In this document: piece by piece, positions 51,853-60,666 of the stretch
Position numbering within the stretch: position 1 is the stretch's first letter
Layout: every line of letters starts with the position of its first letter
DNA from: Dehalococcoidia bacterium
GTDB taxonomy: Bacteria; Chloroflexota; Dehalococcoidia; SHYB01
NCBI GenBank assembly: GCA_965261455.1
Contig: OZ253453.1
Coordinates: forward strand, 579,444 to 643,443
Length of the DNA: 64,000 nucleotides
Reading direction: 5' to 3'
The notes under the pieces: model-generated
Told to the model about the DNA's origin: nothing
What the model saw: only the letters and a program-made list of their open reading frames with translations
Databases searched by the model: none
Position numbers and translations under genes: made by a program

Positions 51853-53271
51853 ATGGCTGACGAGGAGTTGGTGTTCGAGACGGTAGCGGGCCTGACCTCC
51901 CTCATCGAACGGCGGGAGGTATCCCCGGTCGCGCTGGTCGAGGCGTACCTGGAGCGCATCGACCGGCTCAACGACCAGCTACACGCCTACATCACCGTCT
52001 GCCGGGAATCGGCCCTGGCCGAGGCGCGAACGGCCGAGAAGGAGATCGCGAACGGCCGGTATCAGGGGCCGCTTCATGGGATCCCTATTGGCCTGAAGGA
52101 CCAGTTCTTGACGAAGGGCGTTCGCACTACCGGAGGCTCCAGAATCCACTCCGGGCTAATGCCGGATGCGGACGCCACTATCGTCGGCCGGTTGAAGGAT
52201 GCGGGAGCGATCGTGCTGGGCAAGCACAACATGGCGGAGTTCGCCATGGGCGGTACCCGCGAGCATCCGTATGGGGACCCGCGCAACCCCTGGGATCTAG
52301 AGCGGATCCCCGGCCATTCCAGCAGCGGTTCGGGAGTCGCGGTTTCCGCGTCGATGTGCGCCGCTGCCATCGGAGAGGATACGGGAGGCTCCGGGAGAAT
52401 CCCGGCGGCGGCGTGCGGGATCACCGCGATACGTCCGACGCATGGCCGTGTCAGCCGGCACGGGACGTTCCCCATGTCTTGGTCGATGGACTGCGCCTCT
52501 CCCATGGGCCGCACGGCGGAAGATTGCGCGCTGTTGTTACAGGCGATCGCCGGGCATGATCCCCGCGATGCGACGTCGAGCACCTTGCCGGTTCCGGACT
52601 ACAGAAGCGCGCTGCGAAGCGACATCGGGGACATGCGGGTCGGAGTCGTCCGGGAGTTGGTCCCGCCTGAGACGGCCGATGCGGGCGTCCGATCTGCGTT
52701 CGCGGAGGGCGTACGGGTGTTCGAGAAGCTCGCCGCGTCCGTCGAAGAGGTTTCCATACCACTGATTGAGCTGGCCGCCCCGATCTTCGTGGCCATCTGC
52801 GATACGGACGGCGCGCACGTGCACTTCGATTCCATTCGGAAGCGGGCGCACGAATACGATTCCGCGACGAGGGCGCGGCTCATGTCGGCCTCGCTTGTGT
52901 CCGCCGGTCTGTACAACGTGGCGCAGCGGGCTCGAGGGCTGCTGCGCAGCCAGATGATGGCGGCGCTCGAAGGGGTGGACGTCTTGATCTCGCCGATGTC
53001 GTTCGGACCGCCGGCCACGCTTGCGGCTGAAAAGGTCGTCTTCGAGAGCAAGGAAGACGTTATCGCGCGGCAGTTCGGGTCCAGATCTTTTACCACGCCG
53101 CACAGCCTGACCGCGCTGCCGGCAATGACGGTGCCGTGCGGCTTCAATTCAGTGAGCACCCCCGTTGGTCTACATATCGGGGGAAGACCGTTCGAGGAGC
53201 AGACGGTCCTGAACGCGGGCTTCGCGTTTCAGGCGGCGACTGACTGGCATGAGCGCCGCCCCAATCTGTGA
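51853..53271 (+). CDS. Amidase signature family enzyme (AtzE/HpxY/GatA-like)
   Basis: GPLHGIPIGLKD (Lys), PGHSSSGS, EDTGGSGRIPA (Ser nucleophile). Confidence 0.92.
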   Translation: MADEELVFETVAGLTSLIERREVSPVALVEAYLERIDRLNDQLHAYITVCRESALAEARTAEKEIANGRYQGPLHGIPIGLKDQFLTKGVRTTGGSRIHSGLMPDADATIVGRLKDAGAIVLGKHNMAEFAMGGTREHPYGDPRNPWDLERIPGHSSSGSGVAVSASMCAAAIGEDTGGSGRIPAAACGITAIRPTHGRVSRHGTFPMSWSMDCASPMGRTAEDCALLLQAIAGHDPRDATSSTLPVPDYRSALRSDIGDMRVGVVRELVPPETADAGVRSAFAEGVRVFEKLAASVEEVSIPLIELAAPIFVAICDTDGAHVHFDSIRKRAHEYDSATRARLMSASLVSAGLYNVAQRARGLLRSQMMAALEGVDVLISPMSFGPPATLAAEKVVFESKEDVIARQFGSRSFTTPHSLTALPAMTVPCGFNSVSTPVGLHIGGRPFEEQTVLNAGFAFQAATDWHERRPNL

Positions 53272-53421
53272 GCTAGGGCGGGCTGGCCGCGTGGCCGTGC
53301 AACGGCCCCGCCTTGATGTCATTTGGGCGCCCCAACTCCGCGGTAACCCTTGCTGCGTGGCGATGCCAGCATATACACTGTACGCGGACATCACCTTACA
53401 GTCGGAAGGGGTTCTCATCGG

Positions 53422-53679
53422 ATGGCGTACATCATTACTGAGCCGTGCATCGGGGTTAAGGACCATGCCTGTGTCGAGGTCTGCCCGGTCGATTGCATTC
53501 ACCCACGCCAGGGCGACCCCGAGTTCGACGACGTGGAAATGCTCTACATCAACCCTGACGAGTGCATCGACTGCGCTGCCTGCGAGCCGGTGTGCCCGGT
53601 GAACGCGATCTTCGAAGAGGACGCGACGCCGGACCAGTGGAAGAACTACATCGAGATTAATAAGAAGTACTTCGAGTAG
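53422..53679 (+). CDS. fdxA: 7Fe-type ferredoxin (FdxA-like)
   Basis: YIITEPC..CVEVCPVDCIH..CIDCAACEPVCPV. Confidence 0.92.
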   Translation: MAYIITEPCIGVKDHACVEVCPVDCIHPRQGDPEFDDVEMLYINPDECIDCAACEPVCPVNAIFEEDATPDQWKNYIEINKKYFE

Positions 53680-53714
53680 CGTGGCGCGCCGGCGGCGCGC
53701 CGGACGGCCCCCTT

Positions 53715-53747
53715 CCCTCACCCCAACCCTCTCCCCGTGGAGAGGGA
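53715..53747. repeat. REP-like palindrome (CCCTCACCCCAACCCTCTCCC..GGAGAGGG)
   Basis: Same family at 58099-58131 (inverted) and 63145-63177. Confidence 0.8.
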
Positions 53748-53920
53748 GCACGAGTGGGATCCGCGGGAGAGGAGCACCGGTGGCTCTCGACGTGAGCGAG
53801 GGCGTGTGCGGTTGAGCCCGATGGGCGCCATACCTACGAGATGGCGCCCGTTTTATTGGAAGCCCCGCGCTCCGGTCCCAGACCAAGGGCCGCGCTGGGC
53901 TGAATTGATTGGAGGAGAAG

Positions 53921-56188
53921 ATGGTCGCGATTGAGTCCACCCCCGATCTTGTGGCGTCGTCGTACGCGAGGACCCGCGCCAATCTCGATATTGTCCGCGC
54001 ACGGCTGGGCCGGCCCCTCAACTTGACGGAGAAGATCCTCTACGGCCACCTGGACGACCCGCGGGGGCAGGAGCTGGTCGCCGGCCAGAGCTATCTCCAA
54101 CTGAAGCCGGACCGGGTCGCGATGCAGGACGCGACGGCGCAGATGGCGCTGTTGCAGTTCATGCTCGCGGGCAAGGACGCCGTCGCCGTTCCCACGACGA
54201 TCCACTGCGACCATCTGATCCAGGCCCGCACCGGCGCGCGGCAGGACCTGGCGGCGGCCGAGGAGGAGAACAACGAGGTCTATGCGTTCCTGAATTCCGT
54301 GGCCCAGCGCTACGGCGCGGGCTTCTGGAAGCCGGGCTCGGGCATCATCCACCAGGTTGTGCTGGAGAACTACGCTTTCCCCGGCGGCATGATGATCGGA
54401 ACGGACTCCCACACGCCGAACGCCGGCGGCCTCGGTATGTTCGCGGCCGGCGTGGGCGGCGCCGACGCCGTCGACGTGCTGGCGGACTTCCCCTGGGAGG
54501 TGCTCCACCCCAACGTCGTCGGCGTCAAGCTCACCGGCGCGCCCAGCGGCTGGACGGCGCCCAAGGACGTGATCCTCTACCTCTGCGGGCTGCTGACGGT
54601 GGCGGGCGGCACCAACCGCGTCATCGAGTACTTCGGCCCCGGCGCGGAGCACATCAGCTGCACCGGCAAGGCCACGATCTGCAACATGGGGGCCGAGCTC
54701 GGCGCGACCTGCTCCGTCTTCCCCTACGACCGGCGCATGGCGACGTACCTTGAGGCGACGGAGCGCTCCGCCCTCGCCGCCCTGGCCGGGGAGAACGCCG
54801 ACATCCTCCGGGCCGACGAGGCGGCGGAGGCCGACCCGGAGAAGTACTACGACTTGGTCGTCGAGATCGACCTCTCGAAGCTTGAGCCGCACGTCGTCGG
54901 GCCACACACGCCCGACCTGGCGCGCCCCGTCTCGAAGCTCACCGAGGACGTGGCCGCGCAAGGCTACGCCGACAACATCTCGGCGGCATTGGTGGGAAGC
55001 TGCACCAACTCCTCCTACGAAGACATCGTCCGCACCGCCGACATCGCCGCGCAGGCGGGGGCCCACGGCGCCAAGGTCAAGACCTCGTTCCTAGTGACGC
55101 CGGGGTCGGAGCAGGTGCGCGCCACCATCGAGCGCGATCAGCAGATGGAGATCCTCGAATCGGTCGGCGCCACGGTGCTGGCCAACGCCTGCGGCCCGTG
55201 CATCGGCCAGTGGAAGCGGAGCGACATCGCCCCCGGCGAGCGCAATAGCATCATCTCGTCGTTCAACCGCAACTTCCCCAAGCGAAACGACGGCAACGCC
55301 GAGACGATGTCCTTCATCGCCAGCCCGGAAATCGTCATGGCCTACGCCCTGGCGGGCAGCCTCTCCTTCAATCCGCTCACCGACACGCTGGAAGGCAAAG
55401 ACGGGCCCTTCATGCTCGAAGCGCCCGCGCCGGCCCCGGAAGTCCCCGCCAATGGATTCCTCCGCGACGAGCAGGGATTCGTGGCGCCTCCGGACGACGG
55501 TTCGTCCGTTGAGGTGCATGTGTCGCCCGATAGCGGCCGCCTGCAAATCCTGACGCCCTTCCCCGCCTGGGCCGGCGGCGACTTCGAACGGCTCACCGTG
55601 CTGCTCAAGGCCAAGGGCAAGTGCACCACCGACCACATCTCCCCCGCCGGCCCGTGGCTCGCCTACCGCGGCCACCTCGATAAGATCAGCGACAACGCCT
55701 TCCTCGGCGCGATCAACGCCTTCACCGGCGAGACCGGCCAGGGGCGCGACCCCCTTACCGGCGAGACCGGCGTCCCCTTCCCCAAAGTCGCCCGCGGCCT
55801 GGGCGCCGCCGGCAGACGCTGGGTCGCCATTGGCGATTGGAACTATGGCGAGGGTAGCTCCCGCGAGCACGCCGCCATGTGCCCGCGCCACCTGGGCGCG
55901 GCGGCGATCATCACGCGCGCCTTCGCCCGCATCCATGAGTCGAACCTCAAAAAACAGGGCGTCCTGCCGTTCACCTTCGCCGACTCCGACGACTACGACG
56001 CGGTCCGCGAGGACGACGAGATCAGCATCACGGGGCTGAGCGACCTCGCGCCGGGCAAGCCGGTGACGGCGACCCTCCACCATAGCGACGGCTCATCGCA
56101 GCCTGTCGAGTTGCTCCACACCCTCAACGAGGAGCAGATCGCGTGGTTCAAGGCAGGCTCCGCGCTCAACGCCCTGAACGCGAAGTAG
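53921..56188 (+). CDS. acn: Aconitate hydratase (mitochondrial-like type)
   Basis: DRVAMQDATAQMA, HCDHLI, DSHTPN, GSCTNSSYED, NACGPCIGQW, TTDHIS, NYGEGSSREHA. Confidence 0.96.
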   Translation: MVAIESTPDLVASSYARTRANLDIVRARLGRPLNLTEKILYGHLDDPRGQELVAGQSYLQLKPDRVAMQDATAQMALLQFMLAGKDAVAVPTTIHCDHLIQARTGARQDLAAAEEENNEVYAFLNSVAQRYGAGFWKPGSGIIHQVVLENYAFPGGMMIGTDSHTPNAGGLGMFAAGVGGADAVDVLADFPWEVLHPNVVGVKLTGAPSGWTAPKDVILYLCGLLTVAGGTNRVIEYFGPGAEHISCTGKATICNMGAELGATCSVFPYDRRMATYLEATERSALAALAGENADILRADEAAEADPEKYYDLVVEIDLSKLEPHVVGPHTPDLARPVSKLTEDVAAQGYADNISAALVGSCTNSSYEDIVRTADIAAQAGAHGAKVKTSFLVTPGSEQVRATIERDQQMEILESVGATVLANACGPCIGQWKRSDIAPGERNSIISSFNRNFPKRNDGNAETMSFIASPEIVMAYALAGSLSFNPLTDTLEGKDGPFMLEAPAPAPEVPANGFLRDEQGFVAPPDDGSSVEVHVSPDSGRLQILTPFPAWAGGDFERLTVLLKAKGKCTTDHISPAGPWLAYRGHLDKISDNAFLGAINAFTGETGQGRDPLTGETGVPFPKVARGLGAAGRRWVAIGDWNYGEGSSREHAAMCPRHLGAAAIITRAFARIHESNLKKQGVLPFTFADSDDYDAVREDDEISITGLSDLAPGKPVTATLHHSDGSSQPVELLHTLNEEQIAWFKAGSALNALNAK

Positions 56189-56238
56189 GCGTCTTTCGAG
56201 GTCTCCCGCGCGGAACAGGCGTTGGGACGCGCCGACGG

Positions 56239-56769
56239 CTACTTCAGGACGATGCGCTCGAACTGTTCGACGGCGAGCTTGGCGCGCTCGCGGAGCGGCT
56301 CTTCGGTGAGGCTGCCTAGGGGGTGGGCCACTTCGGCCCATTCGATGTCGGGGATGCCGCCGATCTTCGCCATCGCCTTGCAGACGTCGCGGAACCGGTC
56401 GGTGCCGATGAGCATGGAGGGGACGCCCATCTTTTCGATCTCGATGCTGTTGAGCAGACCGCTCGACGAGCAGGAGCCTCAGTCGCCGTGGGTGAGAATG
56501 ATGGCGTCGCAGTCCTCGACGCTGCGCCACTCGTCGCGCTTCATCACCCGCATGCCCTGATAGACGCCGCGGACCACGCCGCCGAGCTCGTAGCGGGAGC
56601 GGAGCTCTTCCTCCACCATGTCGAGGAGGCGGTCGGCGTTCAGCTTCCTGTTGCTGTAGAGGCCGATGGTCTTGCCGTCGAGGGTGGGCAGCCGCGGCGT
56701 CAGCCCTTCGATCTCGGCTATCGACTCCGCCGTCGGCTCCAGGACCGTGAGACGCTGCGCTACGACCAT
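56239..56769 (-). CDS. UGSC-family selenoprotein (176 aa, Sec at in-frame TGA 56481-56479)
   Basis: Two ORF fragments join in frame through THGD-TGA-GSC-SSS; SECIS-like hairpin downstream; own SD and a TATAAT at 56800-56805. Confidence 0.85.
56452..56464 (-). promoter_or_regulatory. Bacterial SECIS-like hairpin (GAGC-GGUCU-GCUC)
   Basis: GGU CUG falls at codons +7/+8 after UGA, the same register as the E. coli fdhF SECIS apical loop. Confidence 0.7.
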
Positions 56770-56807
56770 GGCGTTCCTCCCTTGCGGCGCTTGGTTACGA
56801 TTATAGC

Positions 56808-57899
56808 CTAGTAGCCCTCGATGACGCGCGAGACGGGCGCGCCCCCGTAGGGGAAGAGGCAGTGGATGAAGGCGCCGGCGTAGGCGCCGGAGACGGCGAC
56901 GTGGATGTCGTCGGGGGTGGCGCCGGCGGCGACATAACGCTCGTCGTCGCCCTCGACGACGGGGGAGCCGATGCGCTCGCCGAGACCGCCGCTGACGCCC
57001 CAGCCGTTCTCCTTGGCCCAGCGCACGGTCCGCCGGGTGCTCTCGAAGAGGGCCTGGCGTATGTCGGCCTTCGACCAGCCGGCCCGCACGAAGTGATCGG
57101 CGCATTCCGGCGGCAGGATCACGACGGTGAAGCCGGCGGCGGTCATCTTCCCCGAACCGCGAAGGTATTGGGACAGCATGGCGATGGTCTCGTCGGCGTC
57201 CTGAGCCGCCGAGAGGCCGTATTGGACGTGGCCGTTGGTGGAGAAGAGTGTGACGACGCTCTGCTCGCGGTCGTAGCCGCGTTCGACGTGCAGCGGGTTG
57301 AGCGAGGGGTAGTCGACCTCGTTCTCGACGATGTGGTAGCCGGCGTAGCGCGCGGGCTGGCCGATAGTGGCACGGTCGAGGATGGGGCGGTGCTCCGCCT
57401 CGTTGCCCGCGCCGGGAACGGAGCCGAGCACGTTGATTTGGATGAGGCGCACCGCGCGCCCGATGGTCGAGTTGGCGCGGTTCCCCGGGCCGAGCACGTT
57501 GCCCCGGAAGTTCATCCCTAGGCGCTCGATCACGGGGCCGTTGACGATGAAGCCCAGCGCTGCGCCGCCGGTGGTGGCGTTGGGGACGTGCATGCTGCTG
57601 CGCTCGTCGCACAACGCTTCGAGCAGGGCAAGGACGACGGGGAAGTACTCCGGCTTGCACCCCGCCATGACGGCGTTGATCGCGGCCTTCTCGACGGTGA
57701 TGACGCGCCGCCGCGAGGGGTATTCGCCGACGACATCGGCGGGGCCGCGCCCGGAGGCGTCGACGAACGCGGCGACCTTCTCTTCCGTCGGCGGGACGAT
57801 GGGCAGGCCGTCGGTCCAGCCGCGCTCGAAGAACAGTTCGATGGCGTCGTCGAGTCCGTCGATCTCATGCCGCCGGGAAGTGAGCGGGCCGCCCGCCAT
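56808..57899 (-). CDS. Uncharacterised UGSC-associated protein (TDGLPxVPPT family)
   Basis: GWTDGLPIVPPT, VEKAAINAVMAGC.PEYFP, GPGNRANSTIGRA; directly upstream of and co-oriented with the UGSC gene. Confidence 0.75.
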   Translation of the reverse strand: MAGGPLTSRRHEIDGLDDAIELFFERGWTDGLPIVPPTEEKVAAFVDASGRGPADVVGEYPSRRRVITVEKAAINAVMAGCKPEYFPVVLALLEALCDERSSMHVPNATTGGAALGFIVNGPVIERLGMNFRGNVLGPGNRANSTIGRAVRLIQINVLGSVPGAGNEAEHRPILDRATIGQPARYAGYHIVENEVDYPSLNPLHVERGYDREQSVVTLFSTNGHVQYGLSAAQDADETIAMLSQYLRGSGKMTAAGFTVVILPPECADHFVRAGWSKADIRQALFESTRRTVRWAKENGWGVSGGLGERIGSPVVEGDDERYVAAGATPDDIHVAVSGAYAGAFIHCLFPYGGAPVSRVIEGY

Positions 57900-57995
57900 G
57901 GAGTCCTCCGCCGCGAATGGGTCTCAGCTTGGGTGCGCTTCAGGGTAGGGGGAGCGTGGTTTGGTGTCAAAGCGCCCTGCCCGCCCTCAGTTCCC

Positions 57996-58131
57996 GTAGG
58001 GGCGATTCACGAATCGCCCTCCCTCTCTGTGGGGAGACTGAGAGAGGGAGCGCGCGGCAGGCGCGCGGGCACTCTTTGGGCGCCCCTCCCTTCTTACGCC
58101 CTCTCCCGCTGGGAGAGGGTTGGGGTGAGGG
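57996..58131. repeat. Composite REP-like cluster (GTAGGGGCGATTCACGAATCGCCC plus CCCTCTCCC..GGGAGAGGGTTGGGGTGAGGG)
   Basis: Two palindrome families; the same pair recurs inverted at 63145-63278. Confidence 0.8.
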
Positions 58132-58252
58132 CGGGGGGCGGCGGGGGGCGCGCGATCTCGCCGGAGCGTGCCGCCGGGTTACGCAAAGGTGTCCAGGGCG
58201 GAGAGGCGGTATTTTGGGTTACAGACAGCTTCTGGAAGGCAAGAAGCCGCCC

Positions 58253-58582
58253 TTAGAGGTAGGGGCCGAGGTGGAAGCCGCCGAGGACGTGGATGTGGGC
58301 GTGGTGCTGGGTCTGCAGGGCGTCGGGGCCGAAGTTGGAGAGGAGGCGGAAGCCGTTGGGGCAGAGCTCCTCGGCGAGGGTGACGGCGGCGGTGCTGACC
58401 TTTTGCAGCATGCCGCTCTTCCAGAGGTCCTGCTGGGCTATGTGCTGCTTGGGCATGGCCATCATCATCACGGGCGCCCAGCGCAGGATGTTGTCGAAGA
58501 TGATGACGTCGTCGTCTTGGTAGCGGACCGTTCCGGGCTCGCGGCCCGCGATGATTTCACAGAAGACGCAGTAGTACTCCAA
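58253..58582 (-). CDS. HIT-family (histidine triad) protein
   Basis: CVFCEII, PKQHI, HHAHIHVLGG; TTG start. Confidence 0.9.
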   Translation of the reverse strand: MEYYCVFCEIIAGREPGTVRYQDDDVIIFDNILRWAPVMMMAMPKQHIAQQDLWKSGMLQKVSTAAVTLAEELCPNGFRLLSNFGPDALQTQHHAHIHVLGGFHLGPYL

Positions 58583-58593
58583 AGGCGGGACCC

Positions 58594-60027
58594 TCAGCTT
58601 CCACGGGGGTTGGATGGGCGGCGCCGCGGCGCGGAGGCCGGGGGCTTGGATGCGTAGGCCCGCCCCGTCCGGTAGTCGGGGGCGACGATTTCAAAGATGT
58701 CGCTCTGCCGCATGTCGCTGAGCCGCGACCAGATGCGCGGTGGTATCTGATCGCTGATCGGGCTGCCGGTGCCAAGGTCTTCGATCTTGGCGTAGGTGGT
58801 GACGGCGAGCACCGTGGGCAGCCTCGCTATCATGCGTTGGTTCAGGATCAGGTCGAGGGTGTTCCACGCCCACTCGCTGCTGCTCCCCGCGTCCAGGTCG
58901 TCGAGGGCCAGCAGGCCGGCGCGTCCTAAGCGGTCGATGATCTCGAATTCGGTGCGCTTCGACTGTCCGAACGTCGAGCGCAGGTAGTAAAAGAGCTTGG
59001 GGATGAGAACATAAAGCACGTCGGTGCGCTGCTCGCGCTGGTAGCCGGCGATGGCGGCCATCAGGTGGGTCTTGCCGCAGCCGGGTTGGCCGAGCAGGAC
59101 GAGCGAGCCCTGGGGGTGTTTGGCGAAGGCGTGAGCGCTGCGCAGGGCTCCCTCGAGGTTTTGGCGGATGGGGCCGCGCAGGCCTCTGATGGGGTCGAAG
59201 TTGTCGAAGGTCAGGTCTGGAATCGCCGTGTCCAAAACCTCGACGGGGTCTCCCGAAGCCGCGCGGCCGCCGAGCCGCACGACGCGCGAGACGGCGGAGT
59301 CGTCGAGCCGCCCCGCGATGCGCTCGTCGAGCTTGCTGACCGGCCCCGGGGTGGTGATGACGGTGGGGAGCCGCTCGTTGTAGCGATGCCCGAGGAGCTG
59401 CGCGAGCTTCTCCTTGGCCCACGGCGTGGCGCTTTCGTCGCCCAGGTCGTCGAGCACGAGCAGGGGGACGGCGCGCACCTGCTCGAACATCTCGTCGTAA
59501 GCCAGATCGCTATCGGGGGCGTAGGTCGAGCGCAAGTGGTCGAGCAGGTCGGCGGCGGTGACGAAGAAGACGGGCTCCCCGGCGGCGATGCGCCCGTTGG
59601 CGATGGCGGCGGCGAGGTGGGTCTTGCCGCTCCCCGTCGGGCCGAGGAGGACGAGCCAGCCGTCAGGCGCGGCGGCGTAGGCGCGCGCTTGGTCGACGGC
59701 GGCGGCGTCGATCTTGAGGGGGCCGAGGGAGTCGAACGTCACGTCTCCGAGTGCGCCGAGGTTGCTGAGCTTGGTCAGCCGGTAGCGGTGCTCGGACTCG
59801 AAGCGCGCCAGGGCGCAGGCGCAAGGGAAGATCTCGCCGAAGTCGGGATGCCCGACGGGAACGTCGCGGCGCACCCAGCCGATGTCGCCGCAGGTCTCGC
59901 ACTCGAGCGCGGGACGGGCCGGCGCGGGCTCAGCTTCGCCTGACGACGTTCCGGCCCCCGGACGGGCCTGTCCGTTCGGCCCCGCCTTCCTGCGATAGTT
60001 CCCGAGGACGTCTCCGATGCTTTCCAT
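58594..60027 (-). CDS. DnaC/IstB-like helicase loader with two tandem AAA+ domains
   Basis: Zn motif CETC..CAC; Walker A GPTGSGKT and GQPGCGKT; Walker B LVLDDLG and LALDDLD. Confidence 0.88.
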   Translation of the reverse strand: MESIGDVLGNYRRKAGPNGQARPGAGTSSGEAEPAPARPALECETCGDIGWVRRDVPVGHPDFGEIFPCACALARFESEHRYRLTKLSNLGALGDVTFDSLGPLKIDAAAVDQARAYAAAPDGWLVLLGPTGSGKTHLAAAIANGRIAAGEPVFFVTAADLLDHLRSTYAPDSDLAYDEMFEQVRAVPLLVLDDLGDESATPWAKEKLAQLLGHRYNERLPTVITTPGPVSKLDERIAGRLDDSAVSRVVRLGGRAASGDPVEVLDTAIPDLTFDNFDPIRGLRGPIRQNLEGALRSAHAFAKHPQGSLVLLGQPGCGKTHLMAAIAGYQREQRTDVLYVLIPKLFYYLRSTFGQSKRTEFEIIDRLGRAGLLALDDLDAGSSSEWAWNTLDLILNQRMIARLPTVLAVTTYAKIEDLGTGSPISDQIPPRIWSRLSDMRQSDIFEIVAPDYRTGRAYASKPPASAPRRRPSNPRGS

Positions 60028-60655
60028 CCGGTCCGCCTTGGCGTTCCCAGTTTTCTAGAATGCGTTGGATGTAGCGCCAGCTACGCTTGTTCAGCCGTTG
60101 GGCCTCGCGGAACGCTTCGACGATCCACTCAGGGGGATAGGCCTCTTCGGCCTCTTTGAGGTCGTCGGCGATCAGCGGGGACACGATGCCGATGTTGGCT
60201 TCGTAGAGCGAGAAGATGTCCCGGCGCTCGGGCATCCGCGGCGGGGGGGCCGCCTTGGGCATGGCGCCGAGGTCGATCTCGCCCCGCCGGACCCGCTCGA
60301 CGGCCCTGCGGTCGGCGTCCGTGTTCAGCCAGTATAGATGGTCTGTCGAGCCGGATTCGTCCAGGGCCAAGTGCAGGAAAACGCCACGGACGGTGGCCTT
60401 CCCCAACCCGTTGACGAGCGCCTCGGCGGGGTCGCCGCCGGCCCTGGCGAGTCCGGACATAAGATCGAGATCGGCGGCGAGCTCGGCTTGGGTGACGAAG
60501 CGGACGTAGCCCTTCTTCATAGCGAGCCGCCGGAAGACGTGGAGGCTAACGCGCAGCTCGTCATCGTCGTCGATGAGGGGCAGGACATCGGTGAAGAAGG
60601 CGTTGGGAATCGCCGTCTTATCGGAGCGGGAGGGGAATCCGCCGAAGCTGTCCAT
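59930..60655 (-). CDS. dnaD: DnaD-domain replication protein
   Basis: IPNAFFTDVLP N-domain; IFSLYEANIG..WIVEAFREA..RSWRYIQRILENW DnaD box. Confidence 0.85.
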   Translation of the reverse strand: MDSFGGFPSRSDKTAIPNAFFTDVLPLIDDDDELRVSLHVFRRLAMKKGYVRFVTQAELAADLDLMSGLARAGGDPAEALVNGLGKATVRGVFLHLALDESGSTDHLYWLNTDADRRAVERVRRGEIDLGAMPKAAPPPRMPERRDIFSLYEANIGIVSPLIADDLKEAEEAYPPEWIVEAFREAQRLNKRSWRYIQRILENWERQGGPDGKHRRRPRELSQEGGAERTGPSGGRNVVRRS

Positions 60656-60666
60656 GCGCGCCCCGT

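Noticed and set aside
51853-53271. gatA/gatC of the tRNA amidotransferase
   Set aside because: No gatB nearby, variant signature motifs, and linkage to a puuE-like gene favour a catabolic amidase.
58594-60027. IS21 IstB helper of a transposon
   Set aside because: No istA or IS ends; it lies in an operon with dnaB and dnaD.
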